From Candidatus Poribacteria bacterium (GTDB lineage Bacteria > Poribacteria > WGA-4E > WGA-3G), in contig OZ242029.1 in NCBI GenBank assembly GCA_965205015.1, forward strand, positions 64,001 through 128,000: a stretch of DNA of 64,000 bases, written 5' to 3'. The stretch's first letter is position 1. Each line of letters begins with the position of its first letter. Positions 58,683 through 64,000 of the stretch are shown piece by piece. Below the pieces are notes generated by a model. That model saw only the letters and a program-made list of their open reading frames with translations, had not been told where the DNA came from and searched no databases. Made by a program: the position numbers and the translations under genes.

Positions 58683-59522
58683 TTACGTGGTATTATTATC
58701 CAACGAATACGCACGGTTCCCACCAGGACCGCCACCGATTGCCCACGTGCCTCGGAACAGGGACTGCCGCCTCGGTGGCATCGTTTCAATGATCTCGTGG
58801 CTCAGGTTGAGCCGATGCCACTGCGCCCAGATGGAGTTGTAACAGTTGAAAACCGCACACCGAGGGTTCGATGGATTCGTCCAATCGTTCGCCGCATGGA
58901 CGAGACTTTCGGTGAAGATGACAACAGAACCCGGCGGACAACTATAGTCGTCCATCACCTCACGCATATTCGCTTCCCACGGTGATTCACTGATATTCGG
59001 ACGATACCGGTCAGGACCTCCATAATTGAAGTGCGCTTTATGCGAGCCACTGAGAAAAGAGGTAGCCCCTTGTCCTGACTTGACCTCCTCAAGTTCCCAC
59101 ACAACGCGCGTCAGTCCGGCAAAAATCTTCCCGCCAGCGACCTGATACCGCATCGCGTTTGCCTGCTGCGGTGGACGCACAACGTGCGGTAGACCGTTAT
59201 CGCCACGTTCCGCCACACCCCACCCCGGGGGTCTCACGGTCGTGAATGACCCTTCACACCGAAACCCATAACAATCGTCCATCACAAACGGATCTTCGGA
59301 CAGGATCTCGTTCAAGATACCCACGATCGCCGGATGGTCGAGGAGCGTTTGGAGTGCCCCTTGATAACTCTGTCTCGCACCGGCATAGACCTCTGCCTTC
59401 ATCTCCTCAATTTCTGGCTCCGATAAGACCGACGGCAACAGAATCCAACCGCGGAGATCGAAGAAAAATTTCTGTTCAGGTGTCATCGCCACTGGTGCAT
59501 TCGTTGAAGTTTGATTTGACAT
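58683..59522 (-). CDS. Phytanoyl-CoA dioxygenase (PhyH) family protein
   Basis: MTPEQKFFFDLRGWI, LSGSHKA and GSVVIFTESLVHA. Confidence 0.8.
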   Translation of the reverse strand: MSNQTSTNAPVAMTPEQKFFFDLRGWILLPSVLSEPEIEEMKAEVYAGARQSYQGALQTLLDHPAIVGILNEILSEDPFVMDDCYGFRCEGSFTTVRPPGWGVAERGDNGLPHVVRPPQQANAMRYQVAGGKIFAGLTRVVWELEEVKSGQGATSFLSGSHKAHFNYGGPDRYRPNISESPWEANMREVMDDYSCPPGSVVIFTESLVHAANDWTNPSNPRCAVFNCYNSIWAQWHRLNLSHEIIETMPPRRQSLFRGTWAIGGGPGGNRAYSLDNNTT

Positions 59523-59534
59523 TGAATTTCCCTC

Positions 59535-61283
59535 CTAAAGTGCCCTTTCCAATCCAGGCAGGAAATAATCCTTAACAACGACTTCCCAACTCATACGGGA
59601 AGCGATATCGTAACCTTCTCGAAGCATATCTTCTACGTCACGCGGTTTGCGAGGTAAGCGTCCCAAGAGCTTCGCCGCGATGTCTCTGCTATTCTCCATC
59701 TCAATCGCATTCCGTTCCGCCAACCCGATATGAATTACATCCTCCAATGACTTCGGCGGGATATTCAGCTGCGTATAGTCGGCAACAACGATATTTGGGA
59801 CCTCACGGTTATCGGTCGCACGCTGAATGAAGCCGCAACACCCACATACATTGCTAACGACACAAATCGCGCCGAAACTCAGCGGCTCTACCTGCGCAAT
59901 CCCGAACGGCTCGTAAATCGACTGCCCAAACTCCGCATCACTCCCCTTGCGAATGTCCATAAATTCCATCTCTATCGGCATCCGTTTTCCACACGCCGCT
60001 TGACTCCACCCGAACTGATTGACGAAAACCACCTTAATCGCCTGAGACTGTAGATTGAAAGCAGAGACGCCGTTGTTGAGTTCAATTTCCGCACCAACAA
60101 GATCGGGATAACCAATTTTGTGGTACACGGGCCAGCCATACGTCTCCTCCATCTCATGAATACTTTCGGGGGGACGACCCGTCGCAATTTCTGTGGAGAG
60201 AATAAACAGTACGGCTGTTCTATCATTGGAAGCGAGCAGATCATCCAAGTGCATAAGCACCTGTAAATCGCGCCACAGTCCTTTACTCTTGACGAGCCGC
60301 GTTACATGTGTGAAAACATAATCAGGACGATAATCGAGAAGTGTCTTTGCGTATTTTTGGAGCAGCGCCTTCGACGTTAATTTTTCCTGTAGACTCACCT
60401 CAAACGCCGGAATGCCGTTGTAGACGAGGTTAATTGGAAATTCCTCAAACGACTTTGCCAAGAATCGCAATTCATCCACAACCAGATCCCCGACTGCAAA
60501 AATTGTATCACAGAGATGTGCTTTGTCGATCAATGCGTGTTTGAAATACCAAAACGGATCGTCGAACACCTCATGGATCGATTGTCCCTGGGCTTTTGCT
60601 TGCTTCAATACGTTGTAAAAACGTATATCATGCCCGGGATGCCCCTCAACAATGGGACGTATCGTTGCCACTTCATGGGCATAAAAGACGGTGCGCAGGT
60701 TCGCAGCGTCTTCATTGCGCTTACGTTCAATCAGCGTCTTAAGCGCAAGCGGCATTCCCATAAACTCGTGTGAGATGACGAACACTGGGGTCTTCGTTTT
60801 CCCGCCGATAAGTACCTGTAAGGCATCATACGCAGGCTCCGCAAGACGGACATACTCTTCATATTCCCATTCACTCTCATATCGACTTGATTCGATGTCA
60901 AAATGCTCATAGAGATGCCACTTAAACTGGCTGGTTTGAACTTCATTGCTATTTGACACGTTCACCAAGAGGACGTCCGTGAGGGTCGTAACGCCTTTGT
61001 TCTTATCTACAAACTTTCGCTGTCCGTAAACGATCTCTACATGATAGATCTGCTCAATCTCACTGAGCGCCGCTGCGTGGGGTGTGTCTGTTATCCCTTC
61101 ACTTGCGCGATACAGCACAGTATCCAATTCTCCTAAATCGGCACCAGGAAAGAGGGGTCCGACGAGAAAAGTGCGCTCAATCGCTTCGTTGTAGGTGCGG
61201 GTTGTCAGCAACCCTTCTAAAACCGCTCCGATGCCTCCCATTTTTTGGATAGCTTCGTGTGTTACATGAACAACAATACTCAA
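59535..61283 (-). CDS. Putative glycogen synthase-like glycosyltransferase (GT-B, GT3-like motifs)
   Basis: HEAIQKMGGIGAV, SHEFM, YNGIP and SIYEPFG; located between glgB and glgP; TTG start at 61283 after GAGG. Confidence 0.7.
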   Translation of the reverse strand: MSIVVHVTHEAIQKMGGIGAVLEGLLTTRTYNEAIERTFLVGPLFPGADLGELDTVLYRASEGITDTPHAAALSEIEQIYHVEIVYGQRKFVDKNKGVTTLTDVLLVNVSNSNEVQTSQFKWHLYEHFDIESSRYESEWEYEEYVRLAEPAYDALQVLIGGKTKTPVFVISHEFMGMPLALKTLIERKRNEDAANLRTVFYAHEVATIRPIVEGHPGHDIRFYNVLKQAKAQGQSIHEVFDDPFWYFKHALIDKAHLCDTIFAVGDLVVDELRFLAKSFEEFPINLVYNGIPAFEVSLQEKLTSKALLQKYAKTLLDYRPDYVFTHVTRLVKSKGLWRDLQVLMHLDDLLASNDRTAVLFILSTEIATGRPPESIHEMEETYGWPVYHKIGYPDLVGAEIELNNGVSAFNLQSQAIKVVFVNQFGWSQAACGKRMPIEMEFMDIRKGSDAEFGQSIYEPFGIAQVEPLSFGAICVVSNVCGCCGFIQRATDNREVPNIVVADYTQLNIPPKSLEDVIHIGLAERNAIEMENSRDIAAKLLGRLPRKPRDVEDMLREGYDIASRMSWEVVVKDYFLPGLERAL

Positions 61284-61371
61284 TTTCTTACCTCGCCTAA
61301 TCTTTTTTATGTGGACTTGCAAGCCACATCCAAAAGGATAAAAAATCATAAAATCGCATTCTCTACGAAAG

Positions 61372-61449
61372 ATTATAGCATAACATCAGAACAGGTGTCA
61401 AATTCCGTAAACCTTTGTCCTTGACAACCTCGCCAAAAACCACTATAAT
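61372..61449. promoter_or_regulatory. Back-to-back consensus sigma70 promoters
   Basis: Minus: TTGACA(61401-61396)-18 nt-TATAAT(61377-61372). Plus: TTGACA(61421)-17 nt-TATAAT(61449). Confidence 0.8.
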
Positions 61450-61572
61450 ATTAGGGTGAAGGCTGTGCGACAACGCTGCATGAGAGACTTCAGCACAAGT
61501 CGCACAAAGCGTTGGTTAAGGTGTGTTCAACGTTAGAAGAGAAAACTAAGCCCGTAACGAATGGAGGTAGGC

Positions 61573-61797
61573 ATGTTAGAAAATATTGGAAGCGTGGCTG
61601 GTGCTATATGGCACTATCTCGAAGATAACAACGAAGCCACTGTTACAAAATTAACACGCGAAATCGGCGAAAACGAACGGACAGTTTTAATGGGTGTCGG
61701 TTGGCTCGCCCGCGAAGGAAAATTAGATTTCGAGAAACGGAAACAGGGTACCTACATCACCTTGAAAACACAACAATCAAACGCAGAAGTCGTGTAG
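61573..61797 (+). CDS. Small winged-helix protein (DUF2582-like)
   Basis: IGSVAGAIWHYL...GVGWLAREGKL; GGAGG RBS. Confidence 0.85.
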   Translation: MLENIGSVAGAIWHYLEDNNEATVTKLTREIGENERTVLMGVGWLAREGKLDFEKRKQGTYITLKTQQSNAEVV

Positions 61798-61820
61798 ATT
61801 TCGGAAGGAGAACGGATTAG

Positions 61821-64000
61821 ATGAAGCCACTTCGCCAACTAACAGTGGTGCCGACGTTACCGCCGAATCTTGAACCGCTGCGCGAACTTGCCTTAAACCT
61901 GTGGTGGACCTGGGATCGTGAAGCCTTGGGTTTATTTCGGCACCTTGATACCGAATTGTGGGAAAAGACTTATCACAATCCAGTTGCGATGCTCGGTCAA
62001 ATTTCCCAAGAACAGTTAGATACCGCCGCAAAAGACAGCGTATTCCTCGCCCGCCTTGAAGTTATCCACAAAAAGTTTAAAGAATACCATAACACGGCCT
62101 CATGGTTTGAAACAAATCATAACGACGACACGCTCAATACCCTAAAAATTGCCTATTTTTCAATGGAATACGGATTAACTGAGTGTATGCCGCTCTATTC
62201 CGGCGGTTTAGGCGTCTTAGCAGGGGACCATCTGAAGTCCACAAGTTACTTAGGACTGCCATTTGTTGCAGTCGGACTGCTCTATCAGCACGGGTATTTC
62301 CGTCAGACACTCACAGCAGACGGCTGGCAGATGGCGGATTACCCAACGAATGACTTCTACAACATGCCCATTCAGCCCGCAAAGTGCGCTGATGGAACGC
62401 CACTCCTCGTGGAAGTTATGTATCCAGAGGGTAAAGCCTTCGCGAAAGTCTGGTGTGCACAAGTCGGACGCGTTCCCTTATATCTCCTCGACACGAACAT
62501 CCCCGAAAATCAGAGCGAGGAATTACGACACATAACCGATTACCTGTATGGCGGTGACGAACGCCTCCGTATCAAACAGGAGATTCTGTTAGGTATCGGT
62601 GGATACCGTGCTTTGACTGCCCTCGGTATACAACCGACTGTCTGCCACATGAATGAAGGTCACGCTGCGTTCCTTACAATTGAACGCATCCGGCAACTCA
62701 TGCTGGAAACAGGAATCCGTTTTGAAGAAGCCTGCGAAGCCACGAAATCAGGAAATATCTTCACCACGCACACACCCGTCCCCGCCGGTATTGACTGGTT
62801 CCCACCCGAGTTGGTGAATCACTACTTCAGCGGTTACTGTAGAGAACTCGGCGTTTCTGTTGATACTTTTCTCGGTCTTGGCAGAACGAATCCCACCAAC
62901 ACACACAGTGAATTCAGTCCAGCGCTCCTCGCACTCCGACTCTCAGCAATGTGCAACGGTGTGAGTCAATTACACGGGCACGTCTCCCGTGACATGTGGA
63001 AAGATCTCTGGCACGGGACACCTGTGCATGAAGTCCCGATTGGTGCCATAACAAACGGAATCCATACCCGTTCTTGGGTCTCTGGGGACATGCAGAGCCT
63101 CTTTGACAGATACCTCGGCCCTCGCTGGATCGTTGAACTTACAAATCAAGCCGTCTGGACACAGATCTCGCAGATTCCAGATCCTGAGTTATGGCGAACA
63201 CATGAACGCCGACGCGAACGGCTTATCACCTTCGCACGCCAGCGACAAGAACAGAAACACGCGCTCGGAAGTGCCACAACCGCTTTGGATGGCAAACGTT
63301 CTCAGGAAAGCGAGAGCGTCGCAACGAAGATTCTTAACTCAGCGGCATTAACGATCGGGTTCGCACGCCGGTTTGCAACCTATAAGCGTGCAACCTTACT
63401 CTTCCAAGATGTCGACCGTCTCGACAAAATTCTCAACCATCCAGAACGTCCTGTTCAACTCATTTTTGCGGGCAAGGCACACCCACATGACTATGAAGGG
63501 AAATTGCTCATTCAGCGCATCTCTCGTATCGCATCAGAACCACGATTTTACCATAAAATCGTCTTCATTGAGAACTACGACATCTGTGTCGGACGCTATC
63601 TCGTTGAAGGGGTTGACATTTGGCTCAACAACCCGTTACGTCCTAATGAAGCGAGTGGTACAAGCGGCATGAAAGCAGCCGCGAACGGAGTCCTCAATCT
63701 CAGCATTGCGGATGGATGGTGGGCAGAGGCAAATCATCTCGGGGGTGGCTGGACAATCGATGCGGGTGCCACGCATGTGGACGCAAAATCGACCGACAAA
63801 ACACACGCCAACACTATTTATGAACGCCTCGAAAAAGAGATCGTGCCCCTCTTCTACCAGCGTAATCCTGTTGACGACGTGCCTTACGAATGGGTTGCCC
63901 GGATGAAGACTGCGATGCAGAACCTCGCTCCGATCTTCAATACCAAACGTATGGTAGCAGAGTACGCAGAGCAGCTGTACTTTCCGGCACACCGCCGCTG
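61821..64000 (+). CDS. glgP: Alpha-glucan phosphorylase (partial, runs off the window)
   Basis: Not in the ORF track (no stop in window). Manual reading gives MKPLRQLTVVPTLP, LALNLWWTW, AYFSMEYG, YSGGLGVLAGDHLKS, HMNEGH and the PLP site EASGTSGMKAAANG. Confidence 0.95.
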   Translation, partial: MKPLRQLTVVPTLPPNLEPLRELALNLWWTWDREALGLFRHLDTELWEKTYHNPVAMLGQISQEQLDTAAKDSVFLARLEVIHKKFKEYHNTASWFETNHNDDTLNTLKIAYFSMEYGLTECMPLYSGGLGVLAGDHLKSTSYLGLPFVAVGLLYQHGYFRQTLTADGWQMADYPTNDFYNMPIQPAKCADGTPLLVEVMYPEGKAFAKVWCAQVGRVPLYLLDTNIPENQSEELRHITDYLYGGDERLRIKQEILLGIGGYRALTALGIQPTVCHMNEGHAAFLTIERIRQLMLETGIRFEEACEATKSGNIFTTHTPVPAGIDWFPPELVNHYFSGYCRELGVSVDTFLGLGRTNPTNTHSEFSPALLALRLSAMCNGVSQLHGHVSRDMWKDLWHGTPVHEVPIGAITNGIHTRSWVSGDMQSLFDRYLGPRWIVELTNQAVWTQISQIPDPELWRTHERRRERLITFARQRQEQKHALGSATTALDGKRSQESESVATKILNSAALTIGFARRFATYKRATLLFQDVDRLDKILNHPERPVQLIFAGKAHPHDYEGKLLIQRISRIASEPRFYHKIVFIENYDICVGRYLVEGVDIWLNNPLRPNEASGTSGMKAAANGVLNLSIADGWWAEANHLGGGWTIDAGATHVDAKSTDKTHANTIYERLEKEIVPLFYQRNPVDDVPYEWVARMKTAMQNLAPIFNTKRMVAEYAEQLYFPAHRR

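Noticed and set aside
61777-63992. Several short ORFs listed in the track
   Set aside because: Alternate-frame or antisense shadows of glgP.

Overview
Bacterial chromosomal window. A Candidatus Poribacteria-like origin is inferred from gene content only: secreted lamin-tail-domain proteins ending in a TWASLK motif, a DUF6785-type membrane protein, a PhyH dioxygenase and many TPR, TA and palindromic repeats. The housekeeping backbone includes tRNA-Leu(CAA), hflX, smpB-tmRNA, dnaN, nadC, a flotillin operon, Gld-type and Lol-type ABC operons, and a glycogen cluster. Three accessory features stand out. (1) Two ~2.3 kb paralogous units (3965-6304 and 12931-15330) each encode a secreted protein with a variable His-rich N-terminus and a near-identical lamin-tail C-terminus. 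Each gene sits behind a ~550-630 nt leader with two small uORFs, a poly-C tract and a terminator-like hairpin. In both copies one extra C would carry the uORF through the hairpin, suggesting a slippage-controlled attenuator switch. (2) Between these units, two inverted MITEs bound a cassette with a stand-alone SIR2 gene coupled to an effector-less Avs-like STAND ATPase. (3) A four-gene operon at 43006-47569 encodes a TIR-TPR protein fused to a methyltransferase-type target-recognition domain, an ABC ATPase with a HEPN-like tail, a TPR-antitoxin-like fusion and a Doc toxin. This is a candidate undescribed defence system. All family assignments come from motif recognition by eye; no searches were run.
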